The notes under the pieces were generated by a model that saw nothing but the letters and a program-made list of their open reading frames with translations, made no database searches and was not told the origin of the DNA. The position numbers were made by a program, and so were the translations under genes. 64,000 nt of DNA from Podarcis tiliguerta (Eukaryota): assembly GCA_965153285.1 (NCBI GenBank), contig OZ229114.1. One strand, given 5' to 3'. How positions within the stretch are numbered: the first letter of the stretch is position 1; every line of letters starts with the position of its first letter. Positions 24,267 to 64,000 of this stretch are shown here, in pieces.

Positions 24267-24720
24267 GGCGCGCCGCCGAAGAGGCTTCACGCCAGACGGC
24301 GCCCGAAGGGCAACGGTGAGCGCGGCTTCTCGCCTCCCCCGGGGTGGGTCCTCCTCGCGGGCCGGGCTGCGCCTGGCCAGTGGAGAGAGCCCATCGCCCC
24401 TTCCAAGTTTGGAGATCCCGAGGCGGGGCCCTGCCGCCGGCACGATCCCTGGAGCCAAGCGGGATCGTGAGTTGGAGACCTCGACGAGAGCTTTGCGCCT
24501 CGGTCCGCGCCTTCCCCGGCGCCTAAGCTGCAAGGATCCGCCCTGGCTGCCGGCCGGGAGCAAGGAGAGCGCTACTTCCTTGGGCCGGTCGCGGCCCCAA
24601 CGGAGCCCCTCGGAGGCGGTGTTGCTCGTGGGGAGGGGGAGCCTGTGGCCGGGGAAGGGGAGAGGGCATACGCGGCACAACATGGATAAACGAAGTGGGG
24701 GGGGGGGGCTTTCTTAGATC
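24080..24720 (-). promoter_or_regulatory. CpG island / promoter and 5' end of MOGAT1
   Basis: Very GC- and CpG-rich segment spanning exon 1 and upstream, in an otherwise CpG-depleted background. Confidence 0.75.
24173..24266 (-). CDS. MOGAT1: MOGAT1 coding exon 1
   Basis: ATG at 24266 in GCCATG context; [31 protein letters not shown]; donor GTAAGC. Confidence 0.95.
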
Positions 24721-25708
24721 TCCGATCTATTTCACACTGCCACATGATCCATTCGAAACGTATCTTCCCTGAAGTCCTTATTGTGAGCAAGGAAAGCCCT
24801 GCTGCTTTCGAGGCAGTTAGCGTCCCAGTAAGCCCGTTTAGGATTGCACAGCCTTAAACAAATCAGTTTATCCATTGCTATCATTTATAACTGAAAAGTG
24901 TTTTTCATTTAATTCCAACGGGATGGAGTAAGTTACTTGTTGAGCGCAGCTCTCCCCCTCCTGCGATCTTTTCTGCCTCCCCCATGCAATAAGCCGTCTC
25001 TTAGTTCAAGGATCCAATAATTTGTGTGCAAATGCAATTTGCTTCAGGGGCGTCGATTACAGCTGCAGAAAAGACAAAAGTGTCTTGTTCGTGTGAAGCC
25101 GCTGGCTATTGCAAGGAACCCTCCTTGAAAGGGCATATTCACAACATACATTTAAACATGGCTTCTCCCCCACCCAAAGAATCCTGGGAATTGTGGTTCG
25201 TTAAGGATCCTGGGAATTGTAGTCCTGCGAGGGGGGAGTTACAGTTTCCAAGCGTCTTAAGAGGGGGAGTCAAGTGCTTTAAATGTCTGTTGACTGTGCT
25301 TTGAAAGTATGGTGAGGATTTGCCCTTTGTCATTCCTGAGGATGACCACAGAATGGGAAGGTGGTGGGGTGACCAGATTCTCCTGGACCTTTGAGCGCTG
25401 ACTGGTCATTTGAGCTGGGCTTAGGAGGCCTGGTGTTAATGCTGACCAGTGACGTGGGTCTTGGGGACAATTTTAAATTTGACAAGGTTCAGGTGCAAAT
25501 TTCCCCCTCAATTTAGAGTTTATATTGATTGACCTTGTATAAAACCATATCATAGGAGCCAACTCCTGGGGCCAAGGTTCCCCCCCCCCAATAAAATAGT
25601 TGAAGAAGCTGGGCCACCCCAAAGTTGATGGGCATTGCCATTCAAATAGTGCGGGTGTGTGCCATCATGTGATTGATTATGCAGAGCGGAGCGTATTTAA
25701 TAAATACT

Positions 25709-25740
<32 letters not shown>

Positions 25741-25742
25741 AA
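25709..25742. repeat. (AAGA)n microsatellite
   Basis: Seen directly. Confidence 0.9.
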
Positions 25743-26295
25743 ATACAACCCAGGTGGTTAAGAAAGCCCAACAGAGACTCCATCTCCTCAGAGTATTGCG
25801 AAAGAATGATGTCAATCAACATTTGATTATCTCCTACCGGTCAACAAAAGAAAGTGTCCTTTCATACTGCATCATGGTGTGGTACGCTGGTTTGTCTTCA
25901 ACTGATAGGAAGTGCCTACAGAGGGTGGTGTATACAGCACAAGATATTATGGGCTGTCCCATGAATCCGTTGGATGAAATAGCAGAAGTACGTTGCCTCA
26001 GGAGAGTGAGGAAAATTCTCAGGGATGATTCACATCCTGGCTGGCAATTTCTCCTGCCCTCAGACATAAGTTATAGAAGCATGATTAGTCGCACCAACAG
26101 GGTAAAGAACAGCTTCTATCCATGGGCTGTTAGGCTGCTGAATGAAAAGATAACAACAGGGTGACTGACTTTCGGCTTTAGTGGGTGTGCGTCAGTAAAC
26201 AAGGGAATTAAGACTAAGAGAGCTGAGTGGGGGGTGCTTGTGTAATCTCACTGTATACAAGTTGTACAAGTGGCAATAAAGTATTTCAATTTCAA
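25740..26295 (+). mobile_element. Rex1/Babar-clade LINE 3' fragment
   Basis: KKAQQRLHLLRVLRK...ESVLSYCIMVWYAG...DRKCLQRVV...DDSHPG...RTNRVKNSFYPWAVRLLN; AATAAA and (TTCAAT) tail. Confidence 0.8.
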
Positions 26296-27264
26296 TTATT
26301 TGGCCTCCACCCAATATTTTATTCAAGTTGGAACCCATATACAGGCTCCTCCGAAATCATGCATGATCAGAACGCGCTCGACTGCTGACATGTGCCATTT
26401 GTGGCACCCAAAGGGGGCAGTTTGGAGGCAGACTAGATGGCACATACACTCATCCCACTGACACAGGTGGTAGCCAGTAATGGAACCCTCACATAAGTGG
26501 GGATTCCCCTGTACACAAACAGTTGAGGAGAATAAATCCATATATAAGTTCATGAAGGCTGGCCATAGTGTCTGCATAGCAATGGATTCCAGGTGATATT
26601 ACAAGCTGGCTCAGTTTGCCTACCAATGGAATTCCCTTTCCCCTGATTTAGCTATCTTGACTTCCCTCACTTTGGGTTAATAGGAAATTTGGGAAGACAT
26701 GAGGTTTTGCAAGTTAGTTGCATTTTCCTTTGTGAACATTTTAAAAAGAAATATACATACGTAGCATTGGAACTATGTATTTACACTTCCAAAATTTAAA
26801 CAAAAAACTTCTTTATCTTGATCCTTGACTAATTTTATCAGTAGCAACTCAGTATACCTTAAACAATCTTCATCTGCACGATTCAGCCTCCTTGCTTAAA
26901 TGCTTTGCATGATGACCTAAGTTGGGTTCTTCCTGCTTCCATTCATTGTCACTTACGCAAGGACTCATGCTCACACACTTCCCCTCTGCTACTGATCCAC
27001 AAACTGTCCACAGCCAGGGCAGGGAATTACATTTGCTTCTTCCCCATTTTGACTCCTGACTTCTCCTCTGCACCTTCCCTTATGTGGGGGTAGTAGACGT
27101 GGAATCTGGGGGGAATCTAGTTTGTGCATTTTTAAAAAAACCCAATTCTTGTCTTGTTATGCTCTAAAAATGTCTTTTTGCATCAAGTGCCAGAATGTAT
27201 GTGGGAATGCAAATTTAGATGTGCATCAAATTGAAAGCAATATAATGCAAATCAATAACAAAAT

Positions 27265-27450
27265 ATTGTGGCACCTTAAAGACTTAAGAAATTGATTATA
27301 GCAGAAGTGTTCATGGACTGGAGTCCATCAGATGTAACTGATGGAGTGGACTGGAGTCCACAGAAGCTTATCATGACATAATAAATTGAGTTACAATGTC
27401 ACCTGGTTGTGTTTGCTGCACCAGACGAACACCTCTGCCTCTACAGAAGT
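27265..27450 (+). mobile_element. Old Penelope-like element terminal fragment
   Basis: GTGGCACCTTAAAGACT...; degenerate CTGATG-A-GTGGACTGGAGTCCAC-AGAAGCTTA core; CAGACGAACAC end. Confidence 0.55.
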
Positions 27451-28089
27451 TTCTGCAATGTGGTAATGATATCCAGACTCAATATATTCATTATGTGTCC
27501 AGTTCCTACAGTAATCTGACATGTGCAGTCCAACGCAGATCTCTCTAGGTCGGTGGGGAACCTATGGTCTTCCAGATATAACTGGGCTACATTTCTCTTA
27601 CATGTTGGGAATTGAAATACAGTACAGTAACCCCCAACTTACATGCATTTAACTTGTGTGCATTCAGCTTAACACACTTGGCAAAAAATGTTTGTTTGTT
27701 TTTTAAAGGGGGGGGGTGCAGAAACGGGGCAGGCATCCATGGGGAAAAAAAAATACCTTGGCAATTCCACATGCCATTGAACCCAATGTGTTTTTACTTT
27801 TTTGTGATTATGGCTTTAGGCGTGACCCCTGGAGTGTAACCCCCCACATAAATTGTGAGCTTATGGTGCAACAGAATGGGGGGGGGGAACTGACCACAAT
27901 TTCACCATCGCTCCTTTAGGACTGGGGCAGATAACAGTGAAATCTAAAGCCAAAAAATGGCAATCCTACTTTGTTTTCAGGGCACTCCTCAACAGGCTTA
28001 CTCAGAAGTAACTGTTGCTGAGTTCAAGTAGATTCCCTAGTAAATGTGTTTAGAATTGCAGCATTACTGCGGGTTAGGGGGGAGTAACA

Positions 28090-28452
28090 GGCTACAGTTC
28101 AGTGGTAGAGCACCTGCGTTGCATGCATGTGGTCATAGGTTCAGTCCCCAGCAACTTCCTGAAAGGCTGGTGAAGTTCCCTGATTGAAATTGTAGAAATG
28201 TGCTGTCAGCATAGGCAATACTGAACCAGATGGAGCAATAGTATTACTTACTCCATGAAATCAATAGGGCTGTAGACTCAGCTGCAGAGCATCTGCTTTG
28301 TGTGCAGAAGGTTCCAGGTTCAATCTCTGGTGTCTTCAGGTAGGGCTGGGATTGTTATCTTTGGAACCCTGGGGAGCTATTGTCAGTGTTGACAGTACTG
28401 AGCTGGTTGGATCAATGTTCTGACTTGGTATATGGCAGATTCCCATGTTCCT
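28090..28452 (+). mobile_element. Two tandem old tRNA-derived SINEs (Squam2-like)
   Basis: Two tRNA-like heads (CAGTGGTAGAGCA...GGTTCAGTCCC; ...GGTTCAATCTC) with similar bodies; tail ATGTTCC. Confidence 0.6.
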
Positions 28453-29547
28453 TACAAACAAATCAAAACACTATCATGTTATAGCTTTGGGAATTCTGTT
28501 TCTTACAGTGGTTGTGTTCCCCCAAATTAGAGAATTGGGGACCATCCTGCTCAATGTGGAAAAATCAGAACGAGAGTGTCCCCAACAGAGGGCTGTTCAC
28601 TCTCTGCTTGAAGACCCCCAGTGAGGGAGTTAGTCCAATTTTTCTACAGAAAAGTTTTACATAGGAAAGAAAGGTGTGTGTGTGTGTGTTGCAGCATGGT
28701 AAACCAGCACAGACATAACAATTAAGACTTGTTCTTTGGGCTATGGATGAGATTTCTTGGTTATTTGACACTGTGGCTCTCATTGTTAGGAGATCAATCA
28801 AGGATGGAATAAGGAACAGAAAATGCTGAGACATGTTTCAGTGTTATGACTTTAATGCTACACTGATTGGTACCATTACAAACATATCCATCTCACAAAA
28901 TAGTAGAAGCAAAGACCAAAGTTTGCACTTGTCCATCAAACTTGTTCTAATGCATTTTAAAGATTTGAATTTTCTGTGCCCCCCGCCCAGTTGTCTGGCA
29001 AATGCTTCCTGCTGCAGGAGAGGAGAAATAAACTCTTCAGTGATGTTGTCTCCATACATGGTGTGAAATAGGTGTGATGTGAAAGAGAGGCTGAGAGATA
29101 TGCTGGTATTTTTGGGGGGGGGGGCAGCAGCAAGCATGGTAAGAGAAGCAGACTGGCTTACGAGGGTTGTTATCTTGACATTGCAGGCTGGGCTGGAACT
29201 GAAGCTGAGTGGCATATGATGACTGTATAATGCAAGGTAAATGCAATGTCACCTGTTAATATCCTCATGTGGCAGGTTGGAAGAACGTTTAAAACCACTT
29301 TCTATTAAAGAGCCAGGGCTAGCCCTACCTTTAAGAGGAGTAGCTGGTGATTTGGGGGTGGGTGAGAGAGTGGTGGCAAGTCGCTGGCCCTGTGCTTTCT
29401 AAGCTATCTTGCTGTCCTCAGGAGCCTACTGCCCTGTCACCAATGCCGACATAAGCATCAAATGCCAGTTCAATCAGTTTCTATATGTAGAAATACGTCT
29501 GTGCGCAAGTGCACCTTCTCGTTCTTCACTTTGAACATCAAATTGTA

Positions 29548-29773
29548 CAGTGGTACCTCGGGTTAAGAACTTAATTCGTTCTGGAGGTCTGTTCTTAACC
29601 TGAAACTGTTCTTAACCTGAAGCAACACTTTAGCTAATGGGGCCTCCTGCTGCCGCTGTGCCGCTGCTGCACAATTTCTGCTCTAATCCTGAAGCAAAGT
29701 TCTTAACCTGAGGTAATATTTCTGGGATAGTGGAGTCTGTAACCTGAAGTGTATGTAACCCGAGGTACCACTG
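29548..29773. mobile_element. MITE family A copy
   Basis: TIRs and TA TSD. Confidence 0.85.
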
Positions 29774-29917
29774 TATTGATTTGGCCCTGGGGCTGAGACT
29801 GAAGGTGGCTGACAGCAGCTGTCAAATAAAAGTTTTTAAAACTGTTGCTGGTTGAAAGAGAACATTTCAGATGCAGGATTCTGCTGCAAATTCCAGCAGG
29901 ACATAGACACTAGAACA

Positions 29918-30112
29918 AAAAAATAAAAAGTTGTCCAGTAGCACCTTAGAGACCAACTAAGTTTGTTCTGGATAGAAGCTTTTGTGTGCATGCACACTTC
30001 TTCAGATACGAAAGCTTATACCCAGAACAAACTTAGTTGATCTCTAAAGTGCTACTGGAGCATTTTTTAATTCATTTTGACTGCGTCAGACCAACACGGC
30101 TACCTGCCTGAA
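29918..30112. mobile_element. Penelope-like element terminal (inverted pseudo-LTR) fragment
   Basis: ~50-bp inverted arms 29934-29983 / 30010-30059; CAGACCAACACGGCTACC end; hammerhead-like core. Confidence 0.75.
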
Positions 30113-30871
30113 ACCAGAACAAATATAACAGGATATAGAGACGTTTCATTTGAATTCAGTTTGCTAACTGTATCCATATGCTCAGGCTGCACACCTGTGG
30201 CCACTTGCCTGGGAGTAAGCCCCGCTGAACTCGATGGGGCTTCCTTCCTAGCAGACATGCCCAGGACCGCATGCTGTCATTCAACTGTACCCATCCCACA
30301 ACCACGATGAAAACACACTAGGGTACAAAGGCAGTTAATGCATAAAGTTCAGCCAAAAGCAAAACACAGCAAAGTTAAATTAACAACTCCCTCGCAGCTC
30401 TCTGCTCCACAGCCAGCGCGCAGCTAAATGCAGATCCGGTTCGCTCTATACATTTGCACGCAGAGACAGACACGTTGCCTCACTTGCAGGTGGCGGAACT
30501 AAATGAGTCCGGAAGCCGAAGTGGGGGGGAGGCTGCCAATTCACTACCAACCCTACATAGGTCTATGGGCAGAGCGTGTTGCTGATGCAAACGTTATTTA
30601 GTTGTCTGCAACTTGCCTGATCAAAGGTCATCCAAACAGCCGGCGAATTCCCATCTGCTGACGGAGGTGTCGCGATAATGATCTAGCCCCTCGACTATTT
30701 TCATGACAGCCCATGCATGCGCTTAATCGGAGCGCCGCGGAGCGGATCAGGCACTGATTTAGACAGCGCTCATTAAAGAAGGCCCGACCCGGCGAAAGGG
30801 CTTTGCTTGCAGGGGCGCGCTTGGCGCACGCGCAGTGAGGTGCTCTTGCCCCGTCGTCTCTTCTGCCCACC

Positions 30872-58563
<27,692 letters not shown>

Positions 58564-59155
58564 AATCCTGACAACAGCATGCTTCTTCAGTCCACATAGT
58601 TCTGTTTCCTCCCCCCCCCCAAAAAAGTCCACATAGTTCTGTTTCCAAGATGGTCTGTTTCTACCATCGGGCACTGTCCCTAATTTTAATAAATTAGGCA
58701 ATGAAATAGACAAGTCTTATTTTGCTCTTTGCTAAATGTTCCTTCAGTGCAATAATACTGCCTTCAGGGGTTTTTTAGGGCTTTTCTTAACAGATTGAGC
58801 CATCAGTCAGATGTAAAAAATAAAAAAGTTCAGTATATTACCATGAATATATATGGGCAAAGAACATGATCTGTTCTCCAGAATGTTCCAGAGGCTGAAT
58901 CTCAAACTGTTACAGATTATAGCTGCATAACAGGAATCACATTCTTTTATTGCATGAAATAACATAATTGATTATAGCAAATGTTGAACAAATGTGAACA
59001 GAACTGAGGAATTAAGGTTTCTTTGTATAGGGTTGATACAAACTCTTCAGGGTTGAGAAATGTGCATTTCTTGTAAAGTACAGCAGTTTTAAAGCAAGAT
59101 TTCTATAATAGATACTGTTGTATGTTAACCTGTTTTATTGTAAAGAAGGGATCAA

Positions 59156-59161
59156 AATAAA
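59156..59161 (+). terminator. Candidate FARSB polyadenylation signal AATAAA (a proximal one is at 58688-58693)
   Basis: AATAAA ~600 nt after the stop, followed by T/GT-rich sequence. Confidence 0.45.
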
Positions 59162-59319
59162 ACTTGAAGGTTCTGTATTTATATACACCTAAGTTCCCGT
59201 GAGAAAGACTGGTGTGGTGAGTACAGCTTCTGTCATAGGGCTGAGATTGCTCAAACTAGACCTGTGTGCCGGAACACCATCATCACCCTCCTGACTTCTC
59301 ATGCCACTGGAGTATGACA

Positions 59320-60920
59320 TGAGAAAGCCCCAGTGCATTTTTGGAAGCTATCACATCTATCTAAAGGAACTCTTTGGGTTGCCATGTTGAAAAGGAGACG
59401 ACCAAACAGGAGGGGAGGAGAAGTAACGTTATATGTAAACAACGTGTATACTATAGACCTCCAAGCCATACTGAGGATGATGCCTTCCTACAGCAGATTA
59501 CCAAACATTCAAAAAGGAGAGAGAAGGCAGTAATGGGAGATTTCAACTACCCCAGTGTTTGTTGGAACGCCAACTCTGCCAAGAATGTAAGGGCCAGCAA
59601 ATTCTGCAGTTGCCTCACTGACAAATTCCTTTCCCAGAAGGTAGAAGCAGCAACAAGGGGCTCATCTATCTTGGACCTGGTCCTCACCAACAGGGAGGAA
59701 CTGCGACAAAATGGAAGTACTGGGAACATTGGGAAGAAGTAATGCGAGCAATTAGTCATTGTGTTAGCAATTTAAAAAGGATGTTGCACATGGGTTTCTC
59801 AAAAACAAGTAATGCCAGACAAATCTCTCTTTTTGATAGAGTTATAAACTTGGTGGATCAGGGGGTGCTGTGGATGTAGGGTATCTTGATTTCAGTAATT
59901 CTTTAACAAAGTCCCCTATGATACCTTTGCAGAGAAGCTGGTAAATGTGGGCTGGGCAGTTACTTGGATTTGTAGCTGGTTGGCTGACGGAACCCAAAGA
60001 GTACCCCCTACTGTTTATTTGTTCTGTCCTGGGTCTGTTGCTGTTCAACACCTTTATAAATGACTTGGATGAAGGAACTGAGTGATACTCATCAAATTTG
60101 CAGATGACACCAAACTTGGAAGGGTAGCTAATGCTGCAGAAGACAGAATCAGGATTCAAGATGACCTTAACAGATTGGAGAACTGGCCCAAAGCTAACAA
60201 AATGAAATAGGGACTTAGGCAGGAATTACCAGCTGCACAAATATAAGATGGGGGACATCTGGCTTGCCAGAAGGCATGTAGTGGTCCTAGTAGACCACAA
60301 GCTTAACATGAATCAACAGTGTGACTGAAGCTGTAAAAAAAAACTAATGCTATTCTAGGATGCATCAACAGAAGTTTTGTGTCCAGATCAAGGGACGTCA
60401 TAGTACTGTTGTGTTCTGCCTTGGTTAGACCACACTTGAAGTACTGTGTCTTGTTATGGGCACCACAATTTAAGAAGGATATTGACAAGCTGGAACTTGT
60501 GCAGAGGAGGGCAATAAAGATGATCAAGGGTCTGGAAACCAAGCCTTAGGAGGAATGGTTGAGGGAATTGGGTATGATAAGAGGAGACTGGGAGGAGATA
60601 CAATAACCATCTTCAGATATCTGAAGGGTTGTCATATGGAGGATGCAGCAAGCTTGTTTTCTTCTGCTGTGGAGGGTAGAACCTGAACCAGTGGATTCAA
60701 GTTACAAGAAAGGAGATTCCAACTAAGCATCTTTCTGACTGTAAGAGCAATTTAACACTGGAATGGTCTCCCTCTGGAGGTGGTGGACTCTACTTCCTTG
60801 AAGGTTTTTAAGTAGAGGCTGGATGACCGTCTGCCATGGATGCTTTAGTTGGGATTCCTGCATTGCAGGCAGTTGGACTAGAGGACCCCCTTCCAACTCT
60901 ACAATTCTATTGTTCTATGA
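59320..60920 (+). mobile_element. Degenerate, internally deleted CR1 LINE
   Basis: APE endonuclease motifs VYYRPP, MGDFNYP, ILDLVLTN; RT remnants (KFADDTKL); 3' end CCAACTCTACAATTCTAT. Confidence 0.85.
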
Positions 60921-62671
60921 ACAAAAAATCTGCTGCATGAAAATAGTGGGTTGCCCTTCAATCTTCTGCCCACTTGGCATTTATGCCTGCCTGCCTTCAT
61001 AGTAGCCTCCTACTTTATATAATACACTTGCAATGTATGTGACAAAATAAGCTTTAATAAAAAATAGTTTCTGGAAACATTTTCAGTTTGAATAAAGTCA
61101 GAATTTTCAGAATACACTTTACAACTTACAGTAAAATACAAAAATAGAAATTGTGCAGGTTGTGGTTTATAAATCGCAGCATATATACGTGATCATAAAA
61201 GAATAAAATAGATGCATTTAAAAGAGCAGTTTTCAATCTACAGCTAAATTTGAAGCCATTGCAAAGGCGGGGACACATAAATTTATTTGCAAATATATAT
61301 ATCCCTGTCCAGGGACACAACCACACATTTTTGTGCAAGCTTGCTGTTACACCAATATTTTGCTGAGATGATGAGAATGCAGTAGCTGGCAGATGGGAGG
61401 CACCCTTATATTCTCTTACAAACCATATTCTTGCCTACCAGCTCAACAGATTCACCTCCAATTTAGATGCAGATTGAGGGGTTTAGCAAGTATACCATAT
61501 ATGCCAGCACGCCCTTGCAAGTGCATCTACTTTAGCATGATGAAGGGAACCCCACTTACATGGTAAAATTCTGCTCCAGGGAAGTTCTGTATTGTCATTA
61601 GAATCCCTGTGGGTTTCAGGTCTTTGCCTTCATACAACCCCCACATTTTACAGAACATGTTATTTAAGGAATGAGCATGGCGGAAAAGATGAGAGCCCTG
61701 TATTTCTCATAGGACATGTTCAAATTCCAGGACTATACGTAGGAGTTATACCCTTAATGTAATACTGAACCTTAAGGATATATGAACAGTCTTAATGGAT
61801 CAGACAGAAGGATCTTCTAGTTCCAAGATTCTGATCTTACAGTGGCTAACCAGATGCCTTTATAGGAAACCCATGGGCAAGACATGAGTAGAATAGCCCT
61901 CTCCTATCCTAAGCCTTTCCTAGTTTGGGGTTTTTTTTTTGTTTATATTAAAGTTAGGTTAACATTTAGACTCCAGTTAATTCTCAAATCTGCATGTCCA
62001 AGCAGCATTTCATTTAAAAGCTCTGATAAGTGTGCTATATTTGCTTCCCTACAGTGGGAATCTATGCAAAGCGACAGGCAGATAGCAATTTACCAACACT
62101 TGGAATGGCAGCGCCGAAGTCAGACCAATGCTAGTTTCATCCTGTCCTCAAGCTCCAAAAAGGGAAGCAGTTGTTTCACAGTTCTTGCTGGAGCCTTCAT
62201 TGCCAATGGGAAATACCACTTTGCACAACAGCAATTAGAGGAAAGAAAGAGGACATGAAGATCTAACTTTGTTATTAGTTAAAAAAATAAATCTGCAATC
62301 ACATTTGCACTTGCCATCCGTTACTTGGTTCTTGCAATTCATTTCTTGGTGGCCTACAAGTTACAGCAGCAGTGATTGTTTTCAACATTCTGGGCCAATG
62401 CCGTAGCATACCAGAGCACAGCTTCAGACATGAAACAGCTTAATTTAATAACATGGATATGTTAAGAGCACAACATAATTATACCCATACGTGTGAATTT
62501 GTATGACTGGGAGTCTGTTTTGCAAGATATTACTCCAGTGTTCGTCATCCTGCTAGATGGGCAGCCAGATTCAGTGCCAACCCAGCTTCCCTGTATACAG
62601 CATTTTATTTCTCCCTGAGAGTGCTTATCTTCCTCCCAATTCTCAGACTGTTAAGCTTGTAAATATAATTA

Positions 62672-62888
62672 CAGTGGTACCTCAGGTTAAGAACTTAATT
62701 CGTTCTGGAGGTCTGTTCTTAACCTGAAACTGTTCTTAACCTGAGGTACCACTTTAGCTAATGGGGCCTCCCGCTGCCGCACTGCACGATTTCTGTTCTC
62801 ATTCTGAAGCAAAGTTCTTAACCCAAGGTACTATTTATGGGTTAGCGGCGTCTGTAACCTGAAGCGTCGGTAACCCAAGGTACCACTG
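62672..62888. mobile_element. MITE family A copy (downstream of the SGPP2 stop)
   Basis: TIRs and TA TSD. Confidence 0.85.
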
Positions 62889-63292
62889 TACTTTGTAGTT
62901 TTGCTTTGTTTTCTTTAAAAAAGAGGCTCTTCTCCAACCACCCTGATCTGGCTGCATCCCTTGAAGGGCTTATTTTGAGGTTTGACAACCCTGAAGAAAC
63001 TCTTCAAACCACTAGATCTAGGAAGAGCAGATCTGACTGTCTGTCATGGCAGGCTTCTAGTTGCACTAAATGTTTAGCTCGGACAGCCATAGTCGCTGAA
63101 GCAGCCACAGCGTGTTAAAAGATTGCAGCGAACAAAAATTACTGGAAACTCAGTTTAGATCTCCACTATTATCTATGTTGTAGAGCTATGCAGGAAGGCA
63201 CAACACTTTGCTGCTCAAGTTTTTGCTTCTGCGTGCATTTTTATTGCACCCTATAATCTGGACTGCTTCTTTAAAAAAAAAGTGTGCAGCAT

Positions 63293-63835
63293 TCAGTTTA
63301 AGCCCAATAATTTATGCAGCAATGGCACAAGCACCGTAGCACTCAGGCCGATGGTAGAATAGGTTATAAATTTATAGGGCACTTCAATTTCTATTTGCTG
63401 CATAGCTTCAATGTCATTAATAGAAACCTTGTACCAAGAACACAGTGATTTAAGAGCCAGGCTTTTGATGATCTGCCGTATAATGAGCAGTACAGCAATT
63501 CCCACCAAAAACTGTGCAAGAACCATCAAGAGCATTTCGCCAGTGACCGAAGGGATGCTGTGTGTCGCTTCTTCAGCCAAAACATTTGAAACGTAGTGGT
63601 TGTTTATCCAGAACCCTGTAATTGATCCAGCTCCAGCTCCCAGAATAGTGGTTGTGTCTGCCCTAGTGGGGCTATAGTAATCCAGTTTGGGGTAGTTGTA
63701 GCATAGGATGAGGGGGACAACGATGCAGAACATGGGGCACCAGGGGCTGGTCAGCATCAGGTGATCAAGGAGGTCCCAAGTTGGATAAGACAGAGCAGTT
63801 AATATGGCTGAGATCAGGCTGCCAACAATCACGTC
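63293..63835 (-). CDS. SGPP2: Sphingosine-1-phosphate phosphatase 2, last coding exon
   Basis: Acceptor TCTAG|GAC; DVIVGSLISA...YNYPKLDYYSPTRADTTTILGAGAG...IEVPYKFITYSTIG...LLGLN*; convergent with FARSB as in other vertebrates. Confidence 0.93.
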   Translation of the reverse strand, partial: DVIVGSLISAILTALSYPTWDLLDHLMLTSPWCPMFCIVVPLILCYNYPKLDYYSPTRADTTTILGAGAGSITGFWINNHYVSNVLAEEATHSIPSVTGEMLLMVLAQFLVGIAVLLIIRQIIKSLALKSLCSWYKVSINDIEAMQQIEIEVPYKFITYSTIGLSATVLVPLLHKLLGLN

Positions 63836-64000
63836 CTAGAAAGACATAGAGGTGTTAGGCATACAGCGCATTCTCATTTCCTTCAAGCAGACCATCCTTC
63901 TCCTAAAGTAACTTTAAGAATAGGTATCTGATGAATTGCTAAAGATCACTGAGTTGTGATGCTTGAGCATATTACGTATATTGAACATGTAACTATGCTG

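Noticed and set aside
24198-24790. Several overlapping ORFs on both strands
   Set aside because: CpG-island stop-codon depletion; only MOGAT1 exon 1 has homology and splice support.

Overview
Vertebrate genomic DNA, most likely from a squamate (probably lacertid) lizard, judged from Sauria/Squam SINEs, BovB and a tRNA-Lys/CR1-tail SINE. It holds the conserved MOGAT1-FARSB-SGPP2 block. MOGAT1 coding exons 1-5 lie on the minus strand (24266->3668; the last exon was not found and is probably left of the window). FARSB is complete on the plus strand (17 exons, 30872-58563, 1770 nt = 589 aa + stop, all GT-AG and phase-consistent). The terminal coding exon of SGPP2 is on the minus strand (63835->63293). 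Most remaining ORFs are transposon fragments or noise. The most interesting non-gene signals are: (1) an ~830-bp internally deleted RTE-like retroposon whose first ~190 nt fit the HDV-like self-cleaving ribozyme fold, with a partner RTE 3' fragment in the same window; (2) Penelope-like relics with minimal hammerhead-ribozyme cores; (3) a solo LTR nested in a hAT MITE with both TSDs intact; (4) a GC-rich insert bounded by a 15-bp direct repeat; (5) motif clusters (Pbx-Hox/Meis/Cdx, TCF/LEF) that may be long-range PAX3 enhancers. All were read by eye and none is computationally verified.
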